From: Eubacteriales bacterium
GTDB lineage: Bacteria; Bacillota; Clostridia; Oscillospirales; CAG-272
Length of the DNA stretch: 64,000 nt
Reading direction: 5' to 3'
Assembly (NCBI GenBank): GCA_045537235.1
Contig: JAZSPB010000076.1
Location: 41 to 64,040 of the forward strand
The position numbers were made by a program, and so were the translations under genes. The notes under the pieces were generated by a model. It was not told the origin of the DNA and made no database searches. It saw only the letters and a program-made list of their open reading frames with translations. This document shows, piece after piece, positions 31,218 through 41,770 of this stretch. Position 1 is the first letter of the stretch; every line of letters starts with the position of its first letter.

Positions 31218-33653
31218 ATGGCAAATTCACCAACAGTAAAACAGGTAAAAGAAAACCTCGAGTCCAAATTGTCCAGACAGTTCGGCTGTACCGCGGCCGA
31301 GGCGTCTCGCGATCAGATGTACAAGGCGGCGGCGCTTACTATCAAGGACATTCTCGCCGCCAAGCGCGGCGATTTTAAGAAACGGGTCAACAAGACCGGC
31401 TCCAAGCGCGTATATTATATGTGCATGGAATTCCTTCTTGGTCGTTCGCTGAAAACCAATCTTTGCAACCTCGGTTTGGATAAGGCATATAGCGAGGCGC
31501 TCAAGTCTCTCGGCTTTGAGCTTGAAGACCTTTACGAATGCGAGCCCGATGCAGGTCTTGGCAACGGCGGTCTTGGTCGTCTTGCGGCTTGCTTTATGGA
31601 TTCGCTTTCTTCTCTCGATTATCCCGCAACCGGATTCTCCATCTGCTACGAATATGGTCTTTTCAAGCAAATGATCGTTGACGGTATGCAGATTGAGCTT
31701 CCCGATATTTGGCTTCCCGGCGGAGAGGTGTGGCTGGTTCCCAGAACCGACCGTATCTATCATGTCAAAATGGGCGGTCGCGTTCGTGAGGAGTGGAAGG
31801 ACGGACATCTTGAGGTCATTTATGAGGACTGCGAGGAGATCGAGGCGGTTCCTTACGACATGATGATTTCCGGCTCCGACAGCGAGGCGGTCAGCCAGCT
31901 TCGTTTGTGGAAGGCACGCGATATTCATAATTTCAATATGGGTCTGTTCTCTCAAGGACAGTACACTCGCGCACTTGAGGAAAGCACCAATGCGGAGATC
32001 ATCTCCAAGGTGCTCTATCCTTCGGACAACCACACCGAGGGCAAGCTGCTTCGCTTGTCTCAGCAGTATTTCTTGGTTTCCGCATCGGTGCAGAGTATTA
32101 TCCGTGATCATATGGCGGTTTACGGAACCATTGAGAATCTTCCCGATAAGGTAGCCATTCATATCAACGACACCCATCCCGCACTGTGCATTCCCGAGCT
32201 GATGCGCATTTTGATCGACGAGTATTTCTTGTCTTGGGATCGCGCATGGGATATCGTTACCCGCACCGTTTCCTATACCAATCATACCGTCATGCCCGAA
32301 GCGCTTGAGAGATGGAATGAGGATCTGTTTAAGCTTAAACTGCCCCGTATTTATGCTATTGTCAAGGAGATCAATGAGCGCTTCTGCCGTGATGCATGGA
32401 AGTTCTTCCCGGGCAACTGGAACAGCATTTCCCGCATGAGCGTGGTCGGCTACGGAGAGGTCAGAATGGCCAACCTTTCGGTCATCGCTTCCCATTCGGT
32501 CAACGGTGTTTCCAAGCTTCATTCGGATATTCTTAAAAGCAACACCTTCAAGGATTTCTATAAGATGTATCCGTACAAGTTTGATAATGTGACCAACGGA
32601 ATCGCGCATCGCAGATGGCTTTGCTATTCCAACCCCAAGCTTGCCGAGTTACTGGACAATTGCATCGGCACGGGCTACCGCAAGAATCCCGAGGAGCTGG
32701 CGAATTTTGCCAAGTTTGCGGATGACGAGACAGTGTTGACCGCAGTGCGCGATATTAAGCACCAAAACAAGATCGCCTTCTCCAATCTTTTGATGAAGAA
32801 AACAGGCAAGGCTATTGATACCCATTCGATCTTCGACGTTCAGATCAAGCGCCTGCATGAGTATAAGCGCCAGCTTCTGAATGCCTTGAATATCATTGGT
32901 ATCTATCTTGACCTCAAGGAGAACCCCGATCTGGATATCCAGCCACAGACCTTTATTTTCGGTGCCAAGGCCGCGCCCGGCTATCAGATGGCCAAGCAGA
33001 TCATCAAGCTCCTTTGCTATATCAGCAAGGATATTGATCAGAATCCCACGATCCGCGAAAAGTTGCAGGTCGTCTTCCTTGAAGATTACAACGTCAGCCT
33101 TGCTGAGTCCCTCATTCCTTCTGCGGAGATCAGTGAACAGATCTCTCTGGCAGGTAAGGAGGCAAGCGGAACCGGCTGTATGAAGTTGATGATCAACGGC
33201 GCACTTACCATCGGTACTCTTGACGGTGCCAATGTCGAGATGCTTGCCGCAGCAGGGGATGACAATATGTTTATCTTCGGTCTTACCAGTAATGAGGTGG
33301 ATGAGTTGTGGCTCCGCGGCTATAATTCGGCTCTTTATTATGCGAATAATGACCGCCTGAAGAAGATCGTCAACTACTTGAATGTGGGCTTTGCGGGCGA
33401 GTCCTTCTCGGATATCGCAACCTATCTGCTTTCGGGCTACGGTATTGCAGACCCCTATATGTGTCTTGCGGACTTCGAGTCCTACCGACAGGCTCATGAG
33501 AAGGCCATCGCGGCATATCAAGATAAGAACAAGTGGAACCGTATGTCCTTGATGAATATTGCATCTGCCGGACATTTCGCCGCAGACCGCAGTATTGAGG
33601 AGTATGCACAGCGTATTTGGAAGCTTAAGAAATTACCCAAAGTCGGAGATTGA
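31218..33653 (+). CDS. glgP: Glycogen phosphorylase
   Basis: GLGNGGLGRLAACF, KRLHEYKRQ and EASGTGCMK (PLP lysine). Confidence 0.97.
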   Translation: MANSPTVKQVKENLESKLSRQFGCTAAEASRDQMYKAAALTIKDILAAKRGDFKKRVNKTGSKRVYYMCMEFLLGRSLKTNLCNLGLDKAYSEALKSLGFELEDLYECEPDAGLGNGGLGRLAACFMDSLSSLDYPATGFSICYEYGLFKQMIVDGMQIELPDIWLPGGEVWLVPRTDRIYHVKMGGRVREEWKDGHLEVIYEDCEEIEAVPYDMMISGSDSEAVSQLRLWKARDIHNFNMGLFSQGQYTRALEESTNAEIISKVLYPSDNHTEGKLLRLSQQYFLVSASVQSIIRDHMAVYGTIENLPDKVAIHINDTHPALCIPELMRILIDEYFLSWDRAWDIVTRTVSYTNHTVMPEALERWNEDLFKLKLPRIYAIVKEINERFCRDAWKFFPGNWNSISRMSVVGYGEVRMANLSVIASHSVNGVSKLHSDILKSNTFKDFYKMYPYKFDNVTNGIAHRRWLCYSNPKLAELLDNCIGTGYRKNPEELANFAKFADDETVLTAVRDIKHQNKIAFSNLLMKKTGKAIDTHSIFDVQIKRLHEYKRQLLNALNIIGIYLDLKENPDLDIQPQTFIFGAKAAPGYQMAKQIIKLLCYISKDIDQNPTIREKLQVVFLEDYNVSLAESLIPSAEISEQISLAGKEASGTGCMKLMINGALTIGTLDGANVEMLAAAGDDNMFIFGLTSNEVDELWLRGYNSALYYANNDRLKKIVNYLNVGFAGESFSDIATYLLSGYGIADPYMCLADFESYRQAHEKAIAAYQDKNKWNRMSLMNIASAGHFAADRSIEEYAQRIWKLKKLPKVGD

Positions 33654-33656
33654 TCT

Positions 33657-35570
33657 ATGCTTGCGAGACTGCATCAATGCCTCGAGGCGGGTGCTATGCC
33701 CGTCATAATCAAAACGGTTGGCCGAGAGGATGTTTCCTCACGAGGGGCATTTGCTCTCGGCTCCGTCCTTTGTTTTTGCATCAAATGTCCTCGCCGTCTC
33801 GGTGTTCGCGCCATTGTTATGCGTATCGCACGAGACGGGGAGGAGACGCACGATATCCCCCTGTCCTTTTTTGACACCCGTGGCGGTGAGGATTGGTATC
33901 GGTGTGAGCTTTCTCTTGATGCCGAGCTTTGCGGGGGCAAGGACGGACTCTTTTATTACGAGTTTCTTTTTTTGCGTGGTTTGGACACGCTTTTTTCGCA
34001 TACTTATAACAATGTAGACATCACATTAAGCGATCATTCGGAGCATAAGTTCCGACTTTTGGTTCACCGTTCGGATTTCTGTGTTCCCGATTGGTTCGCA
34101 GGCGGAACGATGTACCATGTGTTTGTTGATCGCTTTTTTCGCGGTGCAGGGAAGACTGCAATGCGCGACGATGCGATCATGAATGAGGACTGGTACGGAG
34201 GCATCAAGCAGTTTGCTCCTTATCCCGGGGCACCTGTGGCCAACAATGAGTTTTTCGGCGGAAATCTTTGGGGCGTTGCGGATAAACTGGACTATCTGTC
34301 CTCTCTTGGCGTAACGACCCTCTATCTCAGTCCCATCTTTAAGGCTTATTCCAACCACAAATACGACACGGGCGACTATATGAAGGTCGACGAAATGTTC
34401 GGCGGAGAAGAAGCCCTTGATTGGTTGATTCAAAAAGCCAAAACATACGGAATGCGCGTCATTCTCGACGGTGTGTTCAATCATACCGGTGATGATAGCC
34501 GCTATTTCAATCGTTACGGAAAATATGACTCTCTCGGAGCCTATCAAACGAAGGATTCACCGTATCACGATTGGTATTGCTTCGAAAAATTCCCCGACGA
34601 TTATAAATCATGGTGGGGAATTGAGATCTTGCCCAAAATCAACCCCGATTCCGAGGCTTGTCGGCATTTTCTTGCCGGCACGGGCGGTGTAGCCGAAAAG
34701 TATATCAAAAAGGGAATCGGCGGCTGGCGGTTGGATGTGGCGGACGAGCTTTCGGATGCCTTCCTTGATCTTTTGTCCGAAACCGTCAAGAAGGTGTCTG
34801 ACGGTGAAGGATTGATCATCGGTGAGGTGTGGGAAAATGCCGCCGATAAGATCGCGTACGGAAAAAGGCGCCGTTATTTCCGCGGCGGTCAGCTTGACAG
34901 CGTTATGAATTATCCTTTGCGAAATGCCATTCTTTCTTTTGTCAAGGATGGTGATGCCATGGCTTTTTATAACGGATTGACCGAGTTGTATGCCTCCTAT
35001 CCCCGCGCTGTTTGTGATTCACTGATGAATCTTCTCGGAACTCATGATACCGAGCGTATCCTTTCGGTTTTGGGAGATACGGAGATCGAAGACCTGGATA
35101 ATCAAACTCTCTCTTGTCACCGTATGTCAGCGGAGGCAAGAGCCAAGGGAGTGGCACTTCTTAAAATGGCTTCTGCTTTGCAATATACTGTTTTCGGTGT
35201 GCCGTCTCTGTTCTATGGAGACGAGGTCGGTGTGGAGGGCGGACACGATCCCTTCTGCCGTATGCCGTATCCATGGGGTCAAGAAGATGGTGAACTGTTG
35301 GCACACTATCGGAAATTGGGGGCGCTTCGCCGTGAGCATTCGGTCTTCGCACACGGTGCGTTCGCGTTTCTTTCGGTTGGGGACGGTTTTGTTTCTTTTG
35401 AGAGATATGACAGCTCCGAGCGTATTGTTGTGGCGGTCAATCGCAGTTCTCACTCTGTAACCCTCGATTTGGGAACTTTGTCACGGGACATTCTTTGCGG
35501 AGAGTCCTTTGAATCCACCGTCGAGATCGCCCCGGATACGGTTCGTATTCTTGAAGTGGTGAGCCTGTAA
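33657..35570 (+). CDS. GH13 neopullulanase/amylopullulanase-type glycoside hydrolase
   Basis: DGVFNH, GWRLDVADE, GEVWE and LGTHDT motifs. Confidence 0.92.
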   Translation: MLARLHQCLEAGAMPVIIKTVGREDVSSRGAFALGSVLCFCIKCPRRLGVRAIVMRIARDGEETHDIPLSFFDTRGGEDWYRCELSLDAELCGGKDGLFYYEFLFLRGLDTLFSHTYNNVDITLSDHSEHKFRLLVHRSDFCVPDWFAGGTMYHVFVDRFFRGAGKTAMRDDAIMNEDWYGGIKQFAPYPGAPVANNEFFGGNLWGVADKLDYLSSLGVTTLYLSPIFKAYSNHKYDTGDYMKVDEMFGGEEALDWLIQKAKTYGMRVILDGVFNHTGDDSRYFNRYGKYDSLGAYQTKDSPYHDWYCFEKFPDDYKSWWGIEILPKINPDSEACRHFLAGTGGVAEKYIKKGIGGWRLDVADELSDAFLDLLSETVKKVSDGEGLIIGEVWENAADKIAYGKRRRYFRGGQLDSVMNYPLRNAILSFVKDGDAMAFYNGLTELYASYPRAVCDSLMNLLGTHDTERILSVLGDTEIEDLDNQTLSCHRMSAEARAKGVALLKMASALQYTVFGVPSLFYGDEVGVEGGHDPFCRMPYPWGQEDGELLAHYRKLGALRREHSVFAHGAFAFLSVGDGFVSFERYDSSERIVVAVNRSSHSVTLDLGTLSRDILCGESFESTVEIAPDTVRILEVVSL

Positions 35571-35584
35571 GAAAGGAGTCGTCA

Positions 35585-35923
35585 ATGTTCAAAAAACTGT
35601 TTGAAAAAATGGCAAGAAACAGCAACCCCGACAGTAAGCGGTATAAATACGATATGGCCAAGCGCATCTGCGGTCATCATGTTCGCTATGTAACCGAAAA
35701 AAACGGTGACGTGGATGAGGTGATCGGTCGAGAAGGTGCTCTCAATATGCGCGACGGCGAATTGCTCGTTTTTGCCTCTTCGGATATACTGATGCGCTGT
35801 GATATTGAACAGATGCAAGCGTGGGAATTGCTTTCCAAGGACGGTGTTGTCATTACAGCACCCGATAAAGAGCACGGCGGAATGGAACGAACCATCATCG
35901 TTTACTATGTTTACTATCGCTGA
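35585..35923 (+). CDS. Hypothetical protein
   Basis: Strong RBS AAGGAG; 112 aa; co-oriented with the glycogen operon. Confidence 0.75.
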   Translation: MFKKLFEKMARNSNPDSKRYKYDMAKRICGHHVRYVTEKNGDVDEVIGREGALNMRDGELLVFASSDILMRCDIEQMQAWELLSKDGVVITAPDKEHGGMERTIIVYYVYYR

Positions 35924-35936
35924 GAAAGGAGTAGCC

Positions 35937-36884
35937 GTGAAATCGTTTGTCAAGCTGCTTACACTAGTGTTTTCTGCGTTTTTCATTTTCCCGAGTTGCT
36001 CCGGAGCAGCCGTCTATTTGACATATGAAGAAGGGGATTATGAGATTCTTGACGGGGATGCCGTGTCATCGGAATCCTTTGATGCGATCGAGATCCGTTG
36101 GGGACGGGGAGATGTGAATATCGTAGCCGGAGATCATGACGGTGTGCTTATTTTTGAAGATTATGAGCAACCAAATTCTCCGGCAACAGACGAGCTTGCC
36201 CGTTATTGTATTGAGGATGGAAAGTTGGTCATTCAGTTTTGTGCACCTAAAAAACTGCTTTCCGGTATTAAGAAAAACTTGACCGTTTCCATTTCAAATT
36301 CGCTTGCCGAAATGCTGTCCGATATTGCCGTAGTGTCGACGGCGGGCGCACTTTTGATCGACTCGGTCTGTTCGGACAATATCAATATTGTCACGGCAGG
36401 AGGAAGTATATCGATGCAATCGGTATCGGCAAGCGGTATTGACATTGATATGGCCTCGGCTTCTTTAAATTTTAATTATGTCAGTGTTTCGGATAAGCTT
36501 TCTCTTGTATGTGCCTCGGCTGATATTTCCATGAAGGAAACCGATGCTGATATTTTGAGTTTGAGTGGTATGTCTTGTGATCTTGATGTTGAAGGGAATT
36601 TGGAGGTCGTTGATATAGACGCCACATCTGTTAATGCCAAGCTTCTTTTGAACGGCGAAAGAATATCCCGCATGGATGGAAACTTTGTAAGTGGAAATGT
36701 CACGGTATATCTTTCCGAAGAGATGGACGGCTTTAAAGCAAAGATCGAAGGCTTGTCCACATCCTTTTCTACGGATTTTGAAACGCGGAAGCGGGGAGAA
36801 GAGTACATATACGGAAATGGACGTGCTGTGTTTTCCTTTAGCGGTGCCAGTGGTAGTCTGGAGATCCAAAAAATAACCGAATAA
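35937..36884 (+). CDS. DUF4097-like beta-strand repeat exported protein
   Basis: Signal/lipoprotein-type N-terminus; repeated S-G/A-D-I beta units; GTG start after AAGGAG. Confidence 0.7.
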   Translation: MKSFVKLLTLVFSAFFIFPSCSGAAVYLTYEEGDYEILDGDAVSSESFDAIEIRWGRGDVNIVAGDHDGVLIFEDYEQPNSPATDELARYCIEDGKLVIQFCAPKKLLSGIKKNLTVSISNSLAEMLSDIAVVSTAGALLIDSVCSDNINIVTAGGSISMQSVSASGIDIDMASASLNFNYVSVSDKLSLVCASADISMKETDADILSLSGMSCDLDVEGNLEVVDIDATSVNAKLLLNGERISRMDGNFVSGNVTVYLSEEMDGFKAKIEGLSTSFSTDFETRKRGEEYIYGNGRAVFSFSGASGSLEIQKITE

Positions 36885-36925
36885 AAAAAGCCGAAAGGGT
36901 GAGGGATCCTTTCGGCTTTTTATTT
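36884..36925. terminator. Bidirectional terminator
   Basis: AAAAAGCCGAAAGG ... CCTTTCGGCTTTT. Confidence 0.8.
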
Positions 36926-36952
36926 TTTGAATGATTTAAGTAGCTGGATGCA

Positions 36953-37381
36953 TCATACAAGAGCCTTGCCCAAGCGCGCAGCAACGTCATCGGCAATTTT
37001 TTCAGCCGCCGCGGCATCCTTGCCCAATGCTTCAAAACGGATATCTCCTTCGATCTTGGAAAAGGCCTCTCCGAGAGCGGCTGCCATAAGTCCTGCAGAA
37101 GAAAAAGCGAAATCTCCGTCGGTCATGATACGGATGCAACCGTCATCTTCAGCATACAAGACCCCTTGTTCAAAAAGTGAATAGATCTCGTCATAAGTTT
37201 CCTCTACATCCATCGAATCAAACTTGGCCAACTCGTAACGCAGAGAAGTGGGGCAGATACGGGTGAGGGGGGGCTGGATCGCGCCCATCATTTTAAATTG
37301 CAAAGTGTTTGGTTGCATGATCGTACCGCAGGTACTGTCATATGCATATTTTTTTCCTTCAAAACGAAATGTATAAAGCAT
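36953..37381 (-). CDS. Stand-alone RRE/PqqD-like protein resembling the N-terminus of SCIFF maturase ScfB
   Basis: YAYDSTCGTI ... DVEETYDEIYSLFEQGVLYAED pattern; lies downstream of yajC and the TIGR04086-like gene; no CxxxCxxC. Confidence 0.55.
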   Translation of the reverse strand: MLYTFRFEGKKYAYDSTCGTIMQPNTLQFKMMGAIQPPLTRICPTSLRYELAKFDSMDVEETYDEIYSLFEQGVLYAEDDGCIRIMTDGDFAFSSAGLMAAALGEAFSKIEGDIRFEALGKDAAAAEKIADDVAARLGKALV

Positions 37382-37419
37382 ATTTTTACTGTCCTTTCGT
37401 ATTGGATCCTTCAAAATTT

Positions 37420-37896
37420 TTATTTTCTTCGGGGGGATTTTTTCTTTCTCTTTTTGTTGCTGACCATGAGTGCACCGAGGAGGGCAAAGATCGCGGAAGC
37501 GCAACGCAATGCCACCGTTGATGCAAGTCCCGTTTCGGACGCAAAGGAGGGATAGGGGATCATGGATACTGCCAGCAATAGGATCAACAGGAATCCCGCT
37601 GTGAGCGCACCGCAGAGAAGTGCCGCGCTTCGGTTTCCCAAGGCAGACACGGCACCGCCCATCAAGGCAGCAAGATACAGAACCGTAAGTGCCGCAGGAG
37701 TTACATATCGCCCGGGGTCTGCCGTATTGTAAACCATGACCGAAGCGATGAGCAAAAGGAGTGCGCCAATCAAAAGCGCCGCCAAAAATCCGCGCAAGGA
37801 CGCGGGAAGTATGCCCATAGGTGTTTTGCTTTTTATGGCACCCGTGAGGCCGCGCTTAGGAGAGTGTCCCTGTTTTTTGGAAGTTTTGCTATTCAT
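37420..37896 (-). CDS. TIGR04086-like four-TM membrane protein
   Basis: Four hydrophobic helices, basic C-tail; conserved position after yajC. Confidence 0.7.
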   Translation of the reverse strand: MNSKTSKKQGHSPKRGLTGAIKSKTPMGILPASLRGFLAALLIGALLLLIASVMVYNTADPGRYVTPAALTVLYLAALMGGAVSALGNRSAALLCGALTAGFLLILLLAVSMIPYPSFASETGLASTVALRCASAIFALLGALMVSNKKRKKKSPRRK

Positions 37897-37972
37897 AAAA
37901 CGCCTCCGCAAAATATAATTTCATTCAACTATATTCTTGCGAAGGCTACTTTATGAGAGCTTGACCGAAAAA

Positions 37973-38311
37973 TCAGCCGTTGTTCTGTGCATCTTCCGCG
38001 TGAACATCCACGTTGCGAACTGCGCTCTTAAGAATGCGGATCTTGGTGCCGTCGCGGCTGGTCTCAAGAACAAGAGTTTCGTCCTTGATGCTGACGATCT
38101 TACCGATGATGCCGCCAATGGTGGTGATCTCATCGCCAACCACCAGATTGTTGCGCATATTGTTGACTTCCTTTTCCTGCTTCTTTTGAGGTCTGATCAT
38201 GAAGAAGTAGAGAAGGACAAACATACCAACGATCATGATGATAGATCCCCACTGCGCCAAGAAGCCTCCGTTTTCTGCTCCTGTTGCAGTGTTTTCAAGC
38301 AAAGTGATCAT
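37973..38311 (-). CDS. yajC: Preprotein translocase subunit YajC
   Basis: YFFMIRPQKKQ and GDEITTIGGIIG. Confidence 0.95.
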   Translation of the reverse strand: MITLLENTATGAENGGFLAQWGSIIMIVGMFVLLYFFMIRPQKKQEKEVNNMRNNLVVGDEITTIGGIIGKIVSIKDETLVLETSRDGTKIRILKSAVRNVDVHAEDAQNNG

Positions 38312-38519
38312 TTGGATCCTCCTATAATTTGAATTTGATACCATTATAACCCATCTTGACGCGGAAAGCAACAGGAATTTGTAAATATTTTAGAAGTTTA
38401 TGCACTTTTTCCGTGAAAATTTCATTCCGCGCAAAAAATATTCGACTATGGTTGAAATTTATGGGAAAGTATGGTATAATATCTTTGTATATATTGTAAA
38501 TTTCGAAATGGAAGACACT

Positions 38520-39029
38520 ATGGAAAAGAAACAGTATCTTGAATGCGGAAAAATCATCAATACCCACGGTGTGCGCGGTGCGGTCAAGCTGGAATCGTGG
38601 TGTAATAGTCCCGAGGAGCTTGCCGAACTTTCGCGCGTATTTATCAAGCGCGGTGACAGTATGGATATGCTGACGGTCAAGCACGCATCGGTGTTCAAGC
38701 AGTTTGTTATTGCAGAGATCGAGGAGATATGTGATATTGATACGGCGGCGGCACTCAAAAATACCGTTCTCTATGCCGCTCGCGAGGATTTTCAATTGGA
38801 GGAAGGCGACTATTTCATCGCTGATCTGATCGGTTTGCCCGTAATCGATGCGGAGAGCGGGAAAAACTACGGCACCCTTGCGGATGTTATCAATCGCGGT
38901 GCATCGGATATTTATGTTGTCAATACGCCCGACGGTGAGCGCATGATGCCTGCGGTGGAGGAGTTTGTCAAGCGTGTAGATGTGGAGAACGGCATCTATA
39001 TTTCTCCCATCGAAGGAATGTTTGATTGA
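38520..39029 (+). CDS. rimM: Ribosome maturation factor RimM
   Basis: GKIINTHGVRG and YFIADLIG; PRC barrel. Confidence 0.95.
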   Translation: MEKKQYLECGKIINTHGVRGAVKLESWCNSPEELAELSRVFIKRGDSMDMLTVKHASVFKQFVIAEIEEICDIDTAAALKNTVLYAAREDFQLEEGDYFIADLIGLPVIDAESGKNYGTLADVINRGASDIYVVNTPDGERMMPAVEEFVKRVDVENGIYISPIEGMFD

Positions 39030-39048
39030 CGAAAGGTACGGTTGTGCA

Positions 39049-39768
39049 ATGAGATTTGACATTATGACCCTTTTTCCCGATCTTGTAGACTACGTGCTGG
39101 GAGAAAGCATAATCGGTCGCGCGCAAAAAAGCGGCGTGATCTCGGTCTTTACTCATAATATTCGAGACTATTCGGAAAATAAGCACCGACGGGTAGATGA
39201 CACCCCCTATGGAGGCGGAATGGGAATGCTCATGGCGGCACCTCCAATCTATAACTGCTATTCGGCGATCTTGGAGGACTCCGAGGCTGACCGAAAAGAG
39301 CTTCGCCGCCATGTGGTATATCTTTCCCCTCGGGGCAGTATCCTGAATCATAAAAAAGCTTTGGAGCTGTCCTCTTACGATCAGTTGATCCTGCTTTGCG
39401 GACATTACGAAGGGGTAGATCATCGCATCATAGAGGAGATCGTGGACGAGGAGATATCCATCGGTGATTATGTTTTGACCGGTGGAGAGATCCCCGCGTG
39501 TATTTTGGTGGATGCTGTGGCGCGTTGTGTGGACGGTGTGCTTTCGGACAGAGAGTGTTTTGAAAAGGAAAGCATTTCTTGCGGACTTTTGGAATACCCC
39601 CAATATACGCGCCCGTATGAATTTCACGGCAAAAAGGTTCCCGATGTTTTGATTTCCGGGCACCACGAAAATATTGAAAAATGGCGATATGAGCAGTCGT
39701 TGGCACTGACAAAGGAAAGGCGCCCCGATCTGTTAGCCGGAGAGGAGAAAGAAACGCTTGAAGCATAA
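39049..39768 (+). CDS. trmD: tRNA (guanine37-N1) methyltransferase
   Basis: VDDTPYGGG, CGHYEG and SIGDYVLTGGE. Confidence 0.97.
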   Translation: MRFDIMTLFPDLVDYVLGESIIGRAQKSGVISVFTHNIRDYSENKHRRVDDTPYGGGMGMLMAAPPIYNCYSAILEDSEADRKELRRHVVYLSPRGSILNHKKALELSSYDQLILLCGHYEGVDHRIIEEIVDEEISIGDYVLTGGEIPACILVDAVARCVDGVLSDRECFEKESISCGLLEYPQYTRPYEFHGKKVPDVLISGHHENIEKWRYEQSLALTKERRPDLLAGEEKETLEA

Positions 39769-41749
39769 TGGAATGCCTCGCTCGACCCAATTGGGCGAAG
39801 GAAAACAAAGTTTAAACGATAAAATATACAGCAGTGTGCTCGCCAAGCGCTTCCGCCGTTTTGTCAACTGGCTGTACAGCCTTTTGATCAACGGATTTTT
39901 CGGCAAGATCTTTACCGCTTATTCTGCCGAGGAGGAGTTGTTTTTTAATAGCCGCATATACCGCGTTTTCAGCGGTGCCAATCGGGTTCGGCGTGTTGCC
40001 TCGGACGTCAAGTCCCGTATGGCAAGGCTGTTTGAGAGCAGTAGGATTCTCAAGGGCTTGGGGAATTTGACTGCCTCGTTGATCCATCGAAGGGTCAAGA
40101 CCTATGGCGCGTTTCTTTTGGCTCTGGGCGGTTACGGCTTGGTAACGCATCTTGTCCGTGTGCTGATCTTGGCTATGGCGAGCATCGATCTTTCGGTTAT
40201 TTTGACTTGCCTTGGTTTTGTGCTTTTCGGAATGATCATGCTGGCATCCCAGGAGACGTTTGCCGAAGCTGCGCAAAAGAGCAGACTCATGCGTGTTATT
40301 CTGTTTGATTGGTTGGGAATTCCTCGAGATACCTTTTTGACCAAACAGACTTTTCCCAAACGATATAAAAGTGTAGTGGCATTCGGTATGCTTTTGGGGG
40401 CACTCACGTTCTTTGTACATCCCGGGTATTATATTTTAGCAGCTTTGGTTCTGCTCGCGGTGGCGCTGATCTTTGGATTCCCCGAGATCGGTGTTCTCGG
40501 AATGGTGGCTTTGGTTCCGCTGTCTTCACTTTTTTCGCACCCGTCTATCGTTCTCCTTACGGTAGTTCTTTTGACGGGAATCAGCTATTATATCAAGGTG
40601 ATTCGCGGTAAGAGAGTTTTTAAATTAAATTTGATCGATGCGGCGATCTTTATGTTTGCCGTCATCCTTCTTCTGAGTGGAGTTTTCAGCGCGGGCGGCA
40701 CGGCTTCGACCTTGTCGGCATTGTTGTATTTTGCTTTGCTCATGGGATATTTTCTCACGGTAAATTTGATTCGTACCAAGGATTGGGTGCGTCGGTGTGT
40801 CGGCACATTCTTGATATTTGCTGCTCTTATTTCTGTCGTTGGAGTCGCGCAATTCTTTACCGGAACGGTCAATGTGTCATGGGTAGATACCAAGATCTTT
40901 TCCGATATCGGTGTCAGAATTACGGCAACCTTTGACAATCCCAATGTCTATGCAAGCTATTTGCTTTTGGTCATTCCTTTTGTTTCCACCTTCTTGCTCC
41001 GCCGCGGCACTTCAACGCCAAAGATCCCGTCTTTGATCTGCCTGATTTTGCTGGGATGGTGTCTTGTGGAAACCTGGAGCCGAGGTGCGTGGCTTGGTGC
41101 AATTGCGGCATTTGTTTTGTTTCTCTTGATATACAGCCGTCATTCGGTGGCTTACCTTTTGCTGGGCGGGGCATTGTTGCCTACGGTCGTTTGGGTGCTT
41201 CCCAATGCCGTGGTTTCTCGTTTTGTCAGCATCGGAAGTGCGTCCGATTCCTCCTCGCTCTACCGTATTTCCGCATGGCGCGGCGTAGGGCAGATGCTAA
41301 AGGAAAATTGGCTTGGCGGAATCGGTGTGGGGGAGTCGGCTTTCTCAACGGTATATCCTGCGTTTTCCTATGCGGGGATCGAGGGGATCCACCATACCCA
41401 CAATCTGTATTTGCAGATCTTCAGCGAAACGGGCATCGTAGGGCTTTTGGTGTTTGTTTTTGTTTTGATTTTGTTTGTGCAGAATTGCTTTGAATTTATT
41501 TATAAAACGCGCAATCGAGGCGAAAAGACGGTGGTCATTGCCGGTATGACGGCCATTGCCGCATCCCTTGTTATGGGATTGACCGATCACATTTGGTACA
41601 GTTATCGGGTATTTCTTATGTTTTGGGTCGTCATAGGCATTGTGAATGCCTATATCCGTATCGGTCTCGCGGAGCTCAAGCGTTTTGACCATTATGAAAA
41701 CAATTCGTTCTATTCGGTCGATTTTGATCTGAATGTAGATAATTTGTGA
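39758..41749 (+). CDS. O-antigen ligase/polymerase-family membrane protein
   Basis: Multi-TM; RITATFDNPN, TWSRGAW and HTHNLYLQ. Confidence 0.85.
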   Translation: MKHNGMPRSTQLGEGKQSLNDKIYSSVLAKRFRRFVNWLYSLLINGFFGKIFTAYSAEEELFFNSRIYRVFSGANRVRRVASDVKSRMARLFESSRILKGLGNLTASLIHRRVKTYGAFLLALGGYGLVTHLVRVLILAMASIDLSVILTCLGFVLFGMIMLASQETFAEAAQKSRLMRVILFDWLGIPRDTFLTKQTFPKRYKSVVAFGMLLGALTFFVHPGYYILAALVLLAVALIFGFPEIGVLGMVALVPLSSLFSHPSIVLLTVVLLTGISYYIKVIRGKRVFKLNLIDAAIFMFAVILLLSGVFSAGGTASTLSALLYFALLMGYFLTVNLIRTKDWVRRCVGTFLIFAALISVVGVAQFFTGTVNVSWVDTKIFSDIGVRITATFDNPNVYASYLLLVIPFVSTFLLRRGTSTPKIPSLICLILLGWCLVETWSRGAWLGAIAAFVLFLLIYSRHSVAYLLLGGALLPTVVWVLPNAVVSRFVSIGSASDSSSLYRISAWRGVGQMLKENWLGGIGVGESAFSTVYPAFSYAGIEGIHHTHNLYLQIFSETGIVGLLVFVFVLILFVQNCFEFIYKTRNRGEKTVVIAGMTAIAASLVMGLTDHIWYSYRVFLMFWVVIGIVNAYIRIGLAELKRFDHYENNSFYSVDFDLNVDNL

Positions 41750-41770
41750 TAAAATGGGAAGGTGAGAAAA

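Noticed and set aside
16799-33575. Long antisense ORFs (16799-17533, 17792-18718, 19233-20408, 27557-28606, 31227-32609, 32649-33575)
   Set aside because: They are shadows of well-conserved genes on the opposite strand, with no motifs or RBS.
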